This document shows positions 46,072 through 55,569 of a DNA stretch of 64,000 bases, in pieces. The DNA comes from Dehalococcoidia bacterium (GTDB taxonomy: Bacteria; Chloroflexota; Dehalococcoidia; DSTF01; JACRBR01). Numbering within the stretch: position 1 is the first letter of the stretch; each line of letters opens with the position of its first letter. The notes beneath the pieces were generated by a model. That model had not been told where the DNA came from. It did no database searches and saw nothing but the letters and a program-made list of their open reading frames with translations. Made by a program: the position numbers and the translations under genes. The DNA lies in the NCBI GenBank assembly GCA_035632115.1, contig DASQHL010000156.1:694-64693 (forward strand). The letters are read 5' to 3'.

Positions 46072-47286
46072 TTGTCATCGTTCCGTGAACTCCCGCTTCG
46101 GCCTTCCAGTATGAAGGCGCTCGAAGCAATGAAGATAGAGACGCCGACCGAGATCCAGGCGGCGTCGATCCCCCACCTGCTGGCCGGACGCGACGTGATC
46201 GGCCAGGCGTACACCGGCTCCGGCAAGACCCTGGCGTTCAGCCTGCCGCTGATGGAGCAGATCGCACCCCAGAACAAGTGGCTCCAGGCGCTCATCCTGG
46301 TGCCAACGCGGGAGCTGGCCCAGCAAGTCGGCGGCGTCATCGAGAAGCTGACGAAGGGCGCGGGCATCCGCTCGACGCTGATCTTCGGCGGCCGCTCGTT
46401 CGCGCCGCAGCAAGAGGCGATCTACGCCGGTGCGCAGATCGTCGTTGGCACGCCGGGGCGTGTGCTAGACCACCTCACCCGCGGCACGATGCGGCTCGAC
46501 GGCGTCACCTACCTCGTGCTCGACGAGGCCGACGAGATGCTCGACCGCGGATTTGCGCCGGACGTCGAGCGGATCCTCTCGCAGACAAACGCGGAGCGCC
46601 AGACGGCGCTCTTCTCTGCGACGACGCCGGAGTGGGTGCATAAGGTCTCGCAGAAGTACCTGAAGGACCCCATCGTGATCGAGACGTCGCGCGGCGAAGA
46701 GGAGCCCGGGCCGGACATCGACCACGTCGTGTACGAGGTGTGGCGCGAGGACAAGTTCAGCGTGCTGGCGAAGCTGCTGGACGAGCCGACCGAGGGCGCG
46801 ACATTGGTCTTCGGGCGGACGAAGCACGGCGTCCGGAGCCTGGGCATCAAGCTGGAACGCATGGGCTATGCCGTGGATGTGCTGCAGGGGAACCTCAGCC
46901 AGGGGCAGCGCGACCGAGTCATCGAGAAGTTCCGCGCGGGCAAGACGCCGATCCTCCTGGCGACGAACGTCGCCGCGCGGGGGCTGGACGTGCTCCATGT
47001 GACGCGCGTGATCAACTACGAACTGCCGGAGACACACGAGCTGTTTACGCACCGCGTCGGACGCACCGGACGCATGGGGCGCTCCGGCCGGGCGATCACC
47101 ATCCTCGGCCCAGCGGACCTGCCGAAGTGGCGGGAGATCGAGCGCGGGTTGGGCAAGCAGCTGCCGCGCATCTCGCCGGACGGGCAGGAGATCAAGGTCG
47201 TCGCACCGAAGCCAGCGGCCGGGCCGCGACGCCGGACGACGGCCGGGTTCGGGCAGCGGCGGCGACCGGCGTTCGCGCGGCGGTAG
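46072..47286 (+). CDS. DEAD-box ATP-dependent RNA helicase
   Basis: Q-motif TEIQ, AYTGSGKT, PTRELA, DEAD (LVLDEADEM), SAT and HRVGRTGR. Confidence 0.9.
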   Translation: MSSFRELPLRPSSMKALEAMKIETPTEIQAASIPHLLAGRDVIGQAYTGSGKTLAFSLPLMEQIAPQNKWLQALILVPTRELAQQVGGVIEKLTKGAGIRSTLIFGGRSFAPQQEAIYAGAQIVVGTPGRVLDHLTRGTMRLDGVTYLVLDEADEMLDRGFAPDVERILSQTNAERQTALFSATTPEWVHKVSQKYLKDPIVIETSRGEEEPGPDIDHVVYEVWREDKFSVLAKLLDEPTEGATLVFGRTKHGVRSLGIKLERMGYAVDVLQGNLSQGQRDRVIEKFRAGKTPILLATNVAARGLDVLHVTRVINYELPETHELFTHRVGRTGRMGRSGRAITILGPADLPKWREIERGLGKQLPRISPDGQEIKVVAPKPAAGPRRRTTAGFGQRRRPAFARR

Positions 47287-47353
47287 TCCGCGTTCCCGCA
47301 CCGTCGCTCCGTATCCAGACAGCCGCTCGCGTCGAGCGGCTGTTTCGTCGCGC

Positions 47354-48127
47354 TCAGTAGCCGTCACGAACGAAGGTGCGGTAGCCGGCTACGACCTGGA
47401 AACCCATGCGCGCGTAGATCGGCTGACCCATCTCTGACGCCTGGAGGTTCGCCGTGGTGCAGCCGATTTCGGCGCCGCGGCGCACGGCGTGCCACGTCAG
47501 CGCTTCGCCGAGGCCGCGCTTGCGGTGGGAGGGCCGGCAGCCAACGTTCCAGACGCCGGCGGTGCGGTCGCTGGCGATGAGCGCGGATGAGGCGACGGGC
47601 TCGCCATCGACGTAGCCGACGTAGAACTCCGCATCGAGCATCTCGAGCGAGCGGGTTACGAGAAGCTGCCGCACGAGGTCCATGGGCATGCCGAACGACT
47701 CCGCGAGGACGGCGCGATGGGCGTCGAGGGTTGCCTCGTCGCGCGCGGAGCGGATCTCGAGCGACGGCGGTGGCACGGGGATCTCCGGAATGGAGGCCAT
47801 CGCCATGCCGGGGACAGTGTCGCGGTAAGGCAGACCGCAGGTGGCGGCGGCCCGCTCGGCGGCGTCGTCGATGCCGGCGCGGATGCGCACGACGAACGGG
47901 AGGCCATGCGCGTCGAAATAGGCGGACGCACGGGCGACCGCGCCGGGCGGATCGGCGAGGGGACGCGTGACGAAGGCGATGTTGAACATCGCGACGGGGA
48001 GTCCGGTCCGGATCACGAGCATGCCGTCGCTCTCGACGACCTCACCGCCATCGAGAGCGGCGGCGAGGCGACGGAAGGCGGCGTAGTAGTTGTCGTCGGC
48101 GCGGGCGACCAGCTCGTCGCGGTGCAT
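47354..48127 (-). CDS. GNAT family N-acetyltransferase (two-domain)
   Basis: The C-terminal RPSHRKRGLGEAL acetyl-CoA motif. The ORF was trimmed to MHRDELV because the longer track ORF runs through the tRNA. Confidence 0.65.
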   Translation of the reverse strand: MHRDELVARADDNYYAAFRRLAAALDGGEVVESDGMLVIRTGLPVAMFNIAFVTRPLADPPGAVARASAYFDAHGLPFVVRIRAGIDDAAERAAATCGLPYRDTVPGMAMASIPEIPVPPPSLEIRSARDEATLDAHRAVLAESFGMPMDLVRQLLVTRSLEMLDAEFYVGYVDGEPVASSALIASDRTAGVWNVGCRPSHRKRGLGEALTWHAVRRGAEIGCTTANLQASEMGQPIYARMGFQVVAGYRTFVRDGY

Positions 48128-48152
48128 GTTGGTCCTCGTGCGCGGGTAGTGG

Positions 48153-48228
48153 TGGAGCGGGGGACGGGACTCGAACCCGCAACTTCCAGCTTGGAAGGCT
48201 AGCACTCTACCAATTGAGTTACCCCCGC
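48153..48228 (-). tRNA. tRNA-Gly (anticodon UCC), CCA encoded
   Basis: Sequence gcgggggtaACTCaattggtaGAGTgCTAGCcttccaaGCTGGaagttGCGGGttcgagtCCCGTcccccgctcca. It folds as a cloverleaf with a 7-bp acceptor stem, D, anticodon and T arms. Anticodon loop ct-TCC-aa. Confidence 0.9.
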
Positions 48229-48393
48229 TCGTGGGGACGCCAGCGGTGGATTATAGCGAACGGCAATCTGCGCCCGGCTCGTGGAGTCTGGAGGGTTGCA
48301 TGCCTACGCCGGCCGCCCGGACGGCACATGCGAAGCCCGTTGCGAGTGCGGGCGCGGCGAGCGGTTGTCGCCTCCCCGGTCGTCGGCGTGCCG

Positions 48394-49119
48394 CTAGCGT
48401 TTGGGGGTGGGCGTGGCGGCGGGGGCCGTCGTTGTGACGGGCGTGGGCGGGTTGAGGGCCTGGGCAATGGCGTCGGGGAGGCGGAGCCAGGTGCCGGCGG
48501 CCCAGCCGTTGAAGCCAGTGCCGGAGAGATCGCCGGCGATCTTCCACCAGGTGAACGTCTCCGCGGTCGTTGGCCCTTCCTGAATGATGGCCTTCGTACC
48601 ATCAGGCACGCAGTTGAGCTGCTTCCCCTTCTGCGTGGGCTGGTCGCGGACGCGGAGGCAATCGCCGGGGCCGAGCCCGATGACGACGACCTGGTCGCCT
48701 ACCTGGAGCGGCCAGGCGATGCCGGGGACGCTCGGCTGGCTGGGGTCGTTATTGGTCACGGAGAGGACGGTCCAACCGGCCGTGCCCTGCTCGACGAGGG
48801 CGAGGGCGGTAGGGTCGGAGAACGTCGGGCCGAGGTTGTAGGCCTGGCGGGTGCCGCGCGTGCCCACAAGGGACACGCACAGCTTGCCGAGGTCGACGCC
48901 CTGCTTGGCGTTGGAGCAAAGACCGACGAAGCCGACATTACGGTTCTGCTGGACCCAGGCGGCGATAGCATCGATTGGGCCGGGGACGTTCGGGGTGGGG
49001 GTCGCCTTCGGTGTGCTGGACCCCGATCCGCCAAAGCAGGCGGAGGCGACTATGGCAGTGAACAGGACGACCGAAAGGGCGGCGGCAGACGTACGAGACG
49101 AGCGGAAGCGGACCGCCAT
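48394..49119 (-). CDS. Lipoprotein with SH3b-like C-terminal domain
   Basis: Lipobox IVASAC|FGG. C-terminal GDCLRVRDQPT...WWKIAG...GWAAGTWLRL resembles bacterial SH3. Confidence 0.45.
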   Translation of the reverse strand: MAVRFRSSRTSAAALSVVLFTAIVASACFGGSGSSTPKATPTPNVPGPIDAIAAWVQQNRNVGFVGLCSNAKQGVDLGKLCVSLVGTRGTRQAYNLGPTFSDPTALALVEQGTAGWTVLSVTNNDPSQPSVPGIAWPLQVGDQVVVIGLGPGDCLRVRDQPTQKGKQLNCVPDGTKAIIQEGPTTAETFTWWKIAGDLSGTGFNGWAAGTWLRLPDAIAQALNPPTPVTTTAPAATPTPKR

Positions 49120-49127
49120 GGAGTGAT

Positions 49128-49961
49128 TCACCCCCCTGGAACTCCCCCGCCCTGCGCGGCAGCATACCGCGCCATGAAGTCGTCGTGCACCCGGCGGCCA
49201 CCGGCCGCAAACGTGGCGCTGGTGACGCGCATGGGGCCTCCGGAACGGTCGGAGGCGGCACCGCCGGCCTCGCGAACGAGGAGGATGCCAGCGGCGACAT
49301 CCCATGGCGAAACGTTCATGTGTGTATAGAGATCGATGCGACCGCAAGCGGCGTAGGCCATGCCGAGCGCGGCGCTGCCTGTGATGCGGATCCCCTGCAC
49401 GTTGGGAAAGATGCGGCGCATCAGGTCAAGCTGGCGGGCGCCCATGGCATCGTCGTAGCCAAGGTCGATGCCGATGACGGCCGCGGCGACGTCTGGCTTC
49501 GCGGAGACGGCGATTGGCCGATCGTTACAGAACGCGCCAGCGCCAGAGGCGGCCCAGAAGCCCTCTGCGTGGACCGCGTCGTAAGTGAGGCCGACCACGG
49601 GCTCGCCATCGAGGCAGAGGGCGACGTTGGTACACCAGAACGGGATGCCGCAGGCGTAGTTCTTGGTGCCATCGATGGGGTCGACTACCCAGACCCAGCC
49701 GCGGCGGGCGTCGGTGCCGGAGGCCGTCTCCTCGGAGAGGATGGCGTGCGAAGGGAATTCCCCGGCGAGCAGGTCCTTGACCAGCAGCTCGGCTTCGACA
49801 TCGGTGGCGGTGACGATGTTGCGGTTGCCCTTGATATCGATGGTCTGGGCACCGCGGAAGCGGGAGAGGGCGTGCTCGCCGGCGGCGCGGGCGCAGCGCC
49901 ACGCGACGTCAAGTGCGGAGGCGCCAGAGGCGGCCACGGGGAGGTCGAGGGGAGTCGTCAC
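49128..49961 (-). CDS. Inositol monophosphatase family protein (SuhB/ImpA-like)
   Basis: Motifs EEx, WVVDPIDGTKNY and WDVAAG. Confidence 0.8.
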   Translation of the reverse strand: MTTPLDLPVAASGASALDVAWRCARAAGEHALSRFRGAQTIDIKGNRNIVTATDVEAELLVKDLLAGEFPSHAILSEETASGTDARRGWVWVVDPIDGTKNYACGIPFWCTNVALCLDGEPVVGLTYDAVHAEGFWAASGAGAFCNDRPIAVSAKPDVAAAVIGIDLGYDDAMGARQLDLMRRIFPNVQGIRITGSAALGMAYAACGRIDLYTHMNVSPWDVAAGILLVREAGGAASDRSGGPMRVTSATFAAGGRRVHDDFMARYAAAQGGGVPGG

Positions 49962-50034
49962 GTTCGCAGCGTACCGGACGCTGATTGGCGGGCACAGACG
50001 GCGTGGGGGCGGCCGGGGTGGCACCGACCGGCGG

Positions 50035-50739
50035 TCAGTTCACGCCGAATGCTGGCGTGCGACCGACGGTCTCGGGGAGCCACGCGGCGAGCAGTTCTTC
50101 GAGATCGGCTGCGGCCTGATCGAGCGAGTGGTCGGCTTCGGCGTAAAGCACGAGGCGCTTCGGCTCGACGGCACGGGCGTGGATGTCCTCGCTGGCGGCG
50201 TGGTCGAGGACGCTGTCGCGCATGCCGTGGACGAGGAGCAGCGGCCGCGCAAGGCGCTCGACGGTGCGGGTGCCGTAGATCTGAGGCGACAGCGCGGCGA
50301 CACCGGCAACGGCAGGCGAGAGTTCGCCCGCCTTGATCACGACGGCGCCGCCGAAGGAGTGACCGACGAGCGCGATGCCGCCCGTGGCGCCGAAGCCTCG
50401 TAGCAGCGAGACGCCGGCGAGCACGTCCAGCACGCACTCCTGGAACTCGCCCGGGTGACGGTAGTGGATGCGGAGGCCGCTGAGGCGGGGGCGGAGGCGG
50501 TCGGCGAGGCGGCCGTAGATGTCGTTCGCCGGGCCTTCGAAGCCGCCCATCGCGCCGCCGACGTAGATGGCGGCAGCGGGCGCGGTGGCGCAGGGGTGGA
50601 GGATGGCGCGGATCTCGCCGCGGGAGGTCGCGATGAGGACGCGGAGGTTGCCGTCCGGCTCCGGGTGCGCGGCGACATTCTCTATCGCGAGCTCGAGCTC
50701 GCGATTGTCGTTGTCTGGCGGCTCGTCGGTGAAGTCCAC
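50035..50739 (-). CDS. Alpha/beta hydrolase (dienelactone hydrolase-like)
   Basis: GHSFGG nucleophile elbow. The start is approximate (a GTG). Confidence 0.6.
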   Translation of the reverse strand: MDFTDEPPDNDNRELELAIENVAAHPEPDGNLRVLIATSRGEIRAILHPCATAPAAAIYVGGAMGGFEGPANDIYGRLADRLRPRLSGLRIHYRHPGEFQECVLDVLAGVSLLRGFGATGGIALVGHSFGGAVVIKAGELSPAVAGVAALSPQIYGTRTVERLARPLLLVHGMRDSVLDHAASEDIHARAVEPKRLVLYAEADHSLDQAAADLEELLAAWLPETVGRTPAFGVN

Positions 50740-50800
50740 GGCGGCCTCCCGGCGCTCCGTGGATCTTAGCGCCGCACCGCGGGACCGGCCACGAGCGCCG

Positions 50801-51388
50801 TCACGGCGTCGGCGTGGCGACGGGCGGCGGGCCCGAGAACGCGCCCGGATTGTCGAGCAGGCGGTCGATGTTGGCCGCGAACGTGGTCTCGGCCTGGGTG
50901 GCCTGGGCCTGCGTGATCGTGCCGGCAGTGACGGCCTGGTTGAGGCGCTGGGTGGTCGCATCGATCAGCGCCTGGCGGAAGGCGGCGCGCTGCTGGCCGT
51001 GGGCGGCGGCGACGCTGGCGAGGGTGGCGCCGGGGACCTGCAGCTCGGTGCGCAGTTGCGTCTCGCTGATCGACAGGATGCCGGCGACGAGGGTCAGCGC
51101 CTGGCCGATCCCGCCAAATCCGCCGCGCCCGGCCGGACGGGTACCTTCCGCGATCGCGGTCTGTTCGGCGGGCGAGGGCGTGCGATTGCGGAAGGCGAAT
51201 GGGGTACCCTCGGCGATCGACGTTTGGATCGCCGGGTTGGGCGTGCGGTTGCCCCGGCCGAACCTCGCGGGAGCGGTGCCCGTGGCGGCGGCAGTGGGGC
51301 TGGACGTGGAGGACGCGGAGGTGGAGCCGGAGCCGCAGGCGGCGGCAACGGCGGCGGCCGCCATCAGGCCGATGGCGGCGACACACAT
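50801..51388 (-). CDS. Lipoprotein with internal tandem repeat (RGNRTPNPAIQTSIAEGTP / FRNRTPSPAEQTAIAEGTR)
   Basis: Lipobox AAAC|GSG. Confidence 0.45.
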   Translation of the reverse strand: MCVAAIGLMAAAAVAAACGSGSTSASSTSSPTAAATGTAPARFGRGNRTPNPAIQTSIAEGTPFAFRNRTPSPAEQTAIAEGTRPAGRGGFGGIGQALTLVAGILSISETQLRTELQVPGATLASVAAAHGQQRAAFRQALIDATTQRLNQAVTAGTITQAQATQAETTFAANIDRLLDNPGAFSGPPPVATPTP

Positions 51389-51618
51389 GCGGGACGGGAA
51401 GATCGACGGGAACCGTGTCACTGGCGCTCTCACTCCGCTCTTGTACCTGGACAATGCTGCACTCAGCTTACGGGCGCGATCGGCGGGATGTATTGCCAGA
51501 CCGTAACGATCGAGAAGGGACGGCGAGACGCGCGCCGATGCAGACGCCCGGCGGTTGGGGAGTTCTCACGAAGTTGCCCGAGCGAGCGATTGCTCCGCGA
51601 GACAGGCGTGACGCGCCG

Positions 51619-52803
51619 CTACGCCACGACGCCGCGCTCGCGCAGGGAGGCGATGCGCGCCGGATCCACGCCGAGCGACGCAAGCACGTCGTCGGTGTGC
51701 TGGCCGGCGAGGGGCGCGGTGGAGCGCACGCGGCCCGGTGTATCGGACAGCTTGGTGCCGATGCCGAGGTGGCGGATCTTGCCGAGCGTCGGGTGGTCGA
51801 CCTCGACCACCATGTCGCGGGCGAGGTTGTGGGGATCGCGCAGGGCCTCGTCGAGGGAGTAGACGGGGCCGGCGCAGATATCGCTCTGCTTGAGGACCTC
51901 GAACCATTCGTCGCGGGTGCGGGTGGCGAATTGCGCGCGGAAGTGGGCGGCGATCTCCTCGCGCTTCGCGGCGTCGTACTGGTGCGGGATGAAGTCTTCG
52001 CGGCCCATCACCTTGCAGAGGTTGACGAAGAAGTGGGGCTCCAGGCTGCCGATGCTGATCCAGCCGCCGTCCTTGCACTCGTAGACGTTGTAGTGCGGGA
52101 CGGAGCCGTTGAGTAGCGTGCCGCCGCGGGTGGGCGACTGCCCTCCCATGAGGACGTTGCCCACCAGGCTGGCGAGCAGGTAGAGCACGCCGTCAGACAT
52201 GGCGATATCGACATACTGGCCGCGGCCGGTGCGCTCGCGCGCCATGAGAGCGGCGAGGATGCCGAAGGCGGCGTGCATGCCGCCGCCCGCGAAGTCGGCG
52301 ATGATGTTCATGGGGATGGCCGGGGGCGTGCCCGGCCATCCGATCATGCCGAGCGCGCCACCAATGCTGATGTAGTTGATGTCGTGGCCGACGAGCTGGC
52401 TGTAGGGCCCGGTCTGCCCGAATCCGGACAAGGAGCAGTAGACGAGGCGGGGGTTGCGATCCTTGAGGGTGTCGTAATCGACCCCGAGGCGCTTGACGAC
52501 GCCGGGGCGGAAGCCTTCGAGGACGACGTCGGCGGTCTCAGCGAGCTGGTAGAAGACGGCACGGGCGTCTGGCTCGCGCAGGTTGAGGACGATGCTGCGC
52601 TTGTTGCGGCTCATGATGTTGTAGGCGGCCATCTTCTCGAGATCCTGGGAGCGAGCGCCGGCGAAGGCGGGGGCGAGCTTGCCGTCGGCGGGCGCCTCGA
52701 TGAGGAGGACATCGGCACCGAGGTCGCCCAGCATCATCGAGCAGAAGGGGCCGGGGGCGAGGCGGGAGAGGTCGAGGATCTTGATCCCTTCGAGGGGGAG
52801 CAT
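51619..52803 (-). CDS. CoA-transferase family III (CaiB/BaiF; alpha-methylacyl-CoA racemase-like)
   Basis: LEGIKILDLSRLAPGPFCSMMLGDLGADV and FRPGVVKRLG motifs. Confidence 0.85.
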   Translation of the reverse strand: MLPLEGIKILDLSRLAPGPFCSMMLGDLGADVLLIEAPADGKLAPAFAGARSQDLEKMAAYNIMSRNKRSIVLNLREPDARAVFYQLAETADVVLEGFRPGVVKRLGVDYDTLKDRNPRLVYCSLSGFGQTGPYSQLVGHDINYISIGGALGMIGWPGTPPAIPMNIIADFAGGGMHAAFGILAALMARERTGRGQYVDIAMSDGVLYLLASLVGNVLMGGQSPTRGGTLLNGSVPHYNVYECKDGGWISIGSLEPHFFVNLCKVMGREDFIPHQYDAAKREEIAAHFRAQFATRTRDEWFEVLKQSDICAGPVYSLDEALRDPHNLARDMVVEVDHPTLGKIRHLGIGTKLSDTPGRVRSTAPLAGQHTDDVLASLGVDPARIASLRERGVVA

Positions 52804-52881
52804 GCGCGTTCCTTTCGTGCGTGACTACAGGGTTGCAGGGTGTCGTCTGGCGGCGCTTCGATCAAGCGCGGGCGGCGGGAG

Positions 52882-54129
52882 TCAGCCGAAGGGTGTGGCG
52901 AGCGAGAGGACGAGCAGGATGAGGGAGAGCGTGATGACGACGCCGGCGGTCAGGAACCCGATCGCATTGAAGAGCGGCGTGTTGACGCGGGCGCCCATCA
53001 GCTCACGGTCGTTGGTGAGGCGGAGGAGGCTGAACAGCACGACGGGCAGCGCGACAGCATCGAGCACCTGGATGAGGAGGAGCGTCGTGGTGAATGGGAT
53101 TCCCGGCAGCAGGGCGAGAGCCATGGAGATGGCGATCATGCCGGTGAACAGACCCATGAAGACGGGCGCACGCCGGAAGTCCTGAGAGATGCCCTTCTCG
53201 ACGCCGAGGGCCTCAGTGACGCTGTACGCGCTGGTAAGGGCGAGGACGGGGGCGGCGAGGAGGCAGGCGCCGAGCAATCCGACGGCGAAGAGCGTGCGGG
53301 CAAGGGAGCCGGCGACGGGCTCGAGCGCGCGGGCGGCATCGGAAGCACTTTGCACCTCCACGCCCCTGGCAAAGAGCGTGGCGGCGGTGGCTACCATGAT
53401 CGCGAGCGCGACGAAGTTGCTGAAGAGCGAGCCGGCAACGACATCGATCTGTTCGTAGACGTAGTCTTCGGGACGGACCGCCTTCTCGGCGACGGAGGAC
53501 TGGAGGAAGAGCTGCATGTAGGGCGTGATGGTCGTGCCGATGAGGGCCACGATGAGGGTGACGCCGGCGGTTGAGCGGGGCACGGAGGGCACGACGAGGC
53601 CGCGTCCGATGCCGCCCCAGTCCGGGTGGGCGAGGACGGCGGCAACGGGGTACGCGATGAAGACGAGCGCCATGAGGAGAAACGCGCGTTCGACGAGCTT
53701 GTAGGAGCCGAACACGACGAGGACCCAGAGCACGACGGCGGCGGCAGGCACCGCGACGAAGCGAGGCACGTGGAGGAGTTCGGCGGCGGCGCCGATCCCG
53801 ACGAACTCCGAGAAGGTGGTGCCGAGATTGGCGACAAGGAGTGCGATGACGATGAACGCGGTGACGCGGACGCCGAAGTGTTCGCGTACCAGGTCTGTGA
53901 AGCCCATGCCGGTGGCAGAGCCGAGGCGGGCGCACATCTCCTGGACGACGATGAGGGCCACAGTGATGACGATGAGGACCCAGAGGAGCTGGTAGCCGTA
54001 GCGGGCGCCGGCAGCGGAGTACGTTGCGATGCCGCCGGCGTCGTTGCCCGCGTTGGCAGCGATCAGACCAGGGCCAAGGATGCCCGCAAGGAGGAACGCA
54101 CGTGGGAAGCGGCGCGCGAGGGTGCGTGA
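52882..54129 (-). CDS. Nramp-related transporter lacking canonical DPGN/MPH metal-site motifs (NRMT-like, candidate Mg2+ transporter); start codon unresolved
   Basis: The track ORF begins at a GTG inside TM1. Extending the frame upstream gives ...LLAGILGPGLIAANAGNDAGGIATYSAAGARYGYQLLWVL.... This is an Nramp TM1 with NAGND in place of DPGN. TM6 has TITPYMQ in place of MPHN. There is no in-frame ATG, GTG or TTG between the upstream stop (54205-54207) and this motif. Confidence 0.65.
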   Translation of the reverse strand, partial: SRTLARRFPRAFLLAGILGPGLIAANAGNDAGGIATYSAAGARYGYQLLWVLIVITVALIVVQEMCARLGSATGMGFTDLVREHFGVRVTAFIVIALLVANLGTTFSEFVGIGAAAELLHVPRFVAVPAAAVVLWVLVVFGSYKLVERAFLLMALVFIAYPVAAVLAHPDWGGIGRGLVVPSVPRSTAGVTLIVALIGTTITPYMQLFLQSSVAEKAVRPEDYVYEQIDVVAGSLFSNFVALAIMVATAATLFARGVEVQSASDAARALEPVAGSLARTLFAVGLLGACLLAAPVLALTSAYSVTEALGVEKGISQDFRRAPVFMGLFTGMIAISMALALLPGIPFTTTLLLIQVLDAVALPVVLFSLLRLTNDRELMGARVNTPLFNAIGFLTAGVVITLSLILLVLSLATPFG

Positions 54130-54215
54130 CCTCGTCCCCGGAGGACGCGGGTCAACACGATCCGACCCTTGCGGCGCCTGTACGTCCGGAATGACAATCG
54201 CCCATCACTTCAGTG

Positions 54216-55490
54216 TCAGCCGCCAAACCCCCGGCTGCGACCCCGTCTCCACGATCCCTTGAGCACCACGTCCAGTACGTCATCGACGGTGATGGCGCCC
54301 AGGAATCGGCGCTCTTCATCGACGACGGGGATGGCAAGGAGATTATATTCGGCGATCTTCTCAGCGACACGCTGGGGCTCCTCATCCGACGTAACGGTCT
54401 CCAGCTCTCGCGTCATGACATCACGCACGAGCGCGCCGGGGGCGGCGATAAGGACCTGGCGCATGCTGAGGACGCCGACGAGCTGACTCTGCTCGTCGAG
54501 GACGAAGAAGTAGTAGGCGAAGTCGGGCGCATCCTCACGCGTCTGGTAGACGCGGAGGGCCTCGCTCACCGGGCGGCCGGGGGCAATCGTGAGGACATTG
54601 GTGGTCATGACGCCGCCAGCCGTATCGGGCGCGTACTCGAGGAGGCGGCGCACGGCCTGCGACTCGGGCTCCTCCATCTCGTGAAGCAGCTCTTCGGCGC
54701 GGGGAGCGGGGACTTTCGCGAGTACGTCGGCGGCCTCGTCGGGTTCCATCTCCTCAATGAGGTCGGCGGCCTGTTCAACGGGCATGGCACTCAAGAGCTG
54801 GGCCTGCTGCTCGGTCGAAAGCTCCTCCAAGGTGTCCGCAGCGTGCTCCTCGTCGAGGGAGGACAGGACTTCGGCGCCCTCCTGTTTACTCAGTTCCGAG
54901 ACGATCCGCGCGAGCTGCTGCGGGCGGAGCTTGCGGAGTTGGAGGTGGCCGACCTTTAGCCGCACGGCGGGGGTGTCGGTGGTCAGGTACTCGACCTCGC
55001 GCCAGTCGGTGAGCATGCGCCCGGGGAAACGGCCACGCATGCCGCCGGGGACGAGGCGGCGGAGGATGGCGCGGCCGCCGGTATCGAGTGCGACGACGCG
55101 GTAGCCGTCATAGCTGCGGGACAGGTAGAGGTCGTTGACCCGCACGACGCGCGTGCCCCGCACGTCGATCACCTGGCGATCGAGCACGTCACTGACGAGC
55201 ATGAGCTCGCCGTCGCGGCGATGGAAGCGTCCGACGTCGACGGCGGCCGTGTTGAGTCGGACGGCGCCGGGGCGAATCTCGGCGATGTGGTCGATGGGGA
55301 CGAAGAAATCGCGGCCACCGGCCCGGCTGACCAGGCCCGTGACGAGCGGGTAGCCTCCCTCCCGCACCCGGGCGACCACGTCCTTGACCCGTGCGATCCG
55401 CTCGCCCTGCCGTTCGACAACGGGGGAGGCGACGATCTCCGAGAGGGCGATCAGGTCCGCATCGATCGCGGTTGCCGGAACGTGTGCCAC
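54216..55490 (-). CDS. MgtE-like cytoplasmic regulatory module only (N-domain + CBS pair), no transmembrane domain
   Basis: 424 aa. Has an acidic MgtE_N helical region (EELSTEQQAQLLSAMPVEQAADLIEEMEPDEAADVLAKVP) and two CBS motifs. It ends (...ITVDDVLDVVLKGSW...) where the MgtE pore domain would begin. Its stop lies 8 nt upstream of the Nramp-like reading frame. Confidence 0.75.
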   Translation of the reverse strand: MAHVPATAIDADLIALSEIVASPVVERQGERIARVKDVVARVREGGYPLVTGLVSRAGGRDFFVPIDHIAEIRPGAVRLNTAAVDVGRFHRRDGELMLVSDVLDRQVIDVRGTRVVRVNDLYLSRSYDGYRVVALDTGGRAILRRLVPGGMRGRFPGRMLTDWREVEYLTTDTPAVRLKVGHLQLRKLRPQQLARIVSELSKQEGAEVLSSLDEEHAADTLEELSTEQQAQLLSAMPVEQAADLIEEMEPDEAADVLAKVPAPRAEELLHEMEEPESQAVRRLLEYAPDTAGGVMTTNVLTIAPGRPVSEALRVYQTREDAPDFAYYFFVLDEQSQLVGVLSMRQVLIAAPGALVRDVMTRELETVTSDEEPQRVAEKIAEYNLLAIPVVDEERRFLGAITVDDVLDVVLKGSWRRGRSRGFGG

Positions 55491-55569
55491 TGTGCTCCCT
55501 CCGTGCGGAGCGTAAACCCGCCGGACTCACGCGGCAACCCCACGACAAGGTTGGAAAGGGTGCGGAGGG

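Noticed and set aside
51619-52803. CoA-transferase as mesaconyl-CoA C1-C4 transferase (Mct) or Smt
   Set aside because: The sequence resembles generic CaiB/BaiF or alpha-methylacyl-CoA racemase-type family III enzymes. It lies 45 kb from the mch/mcl genes. No specific evidence.
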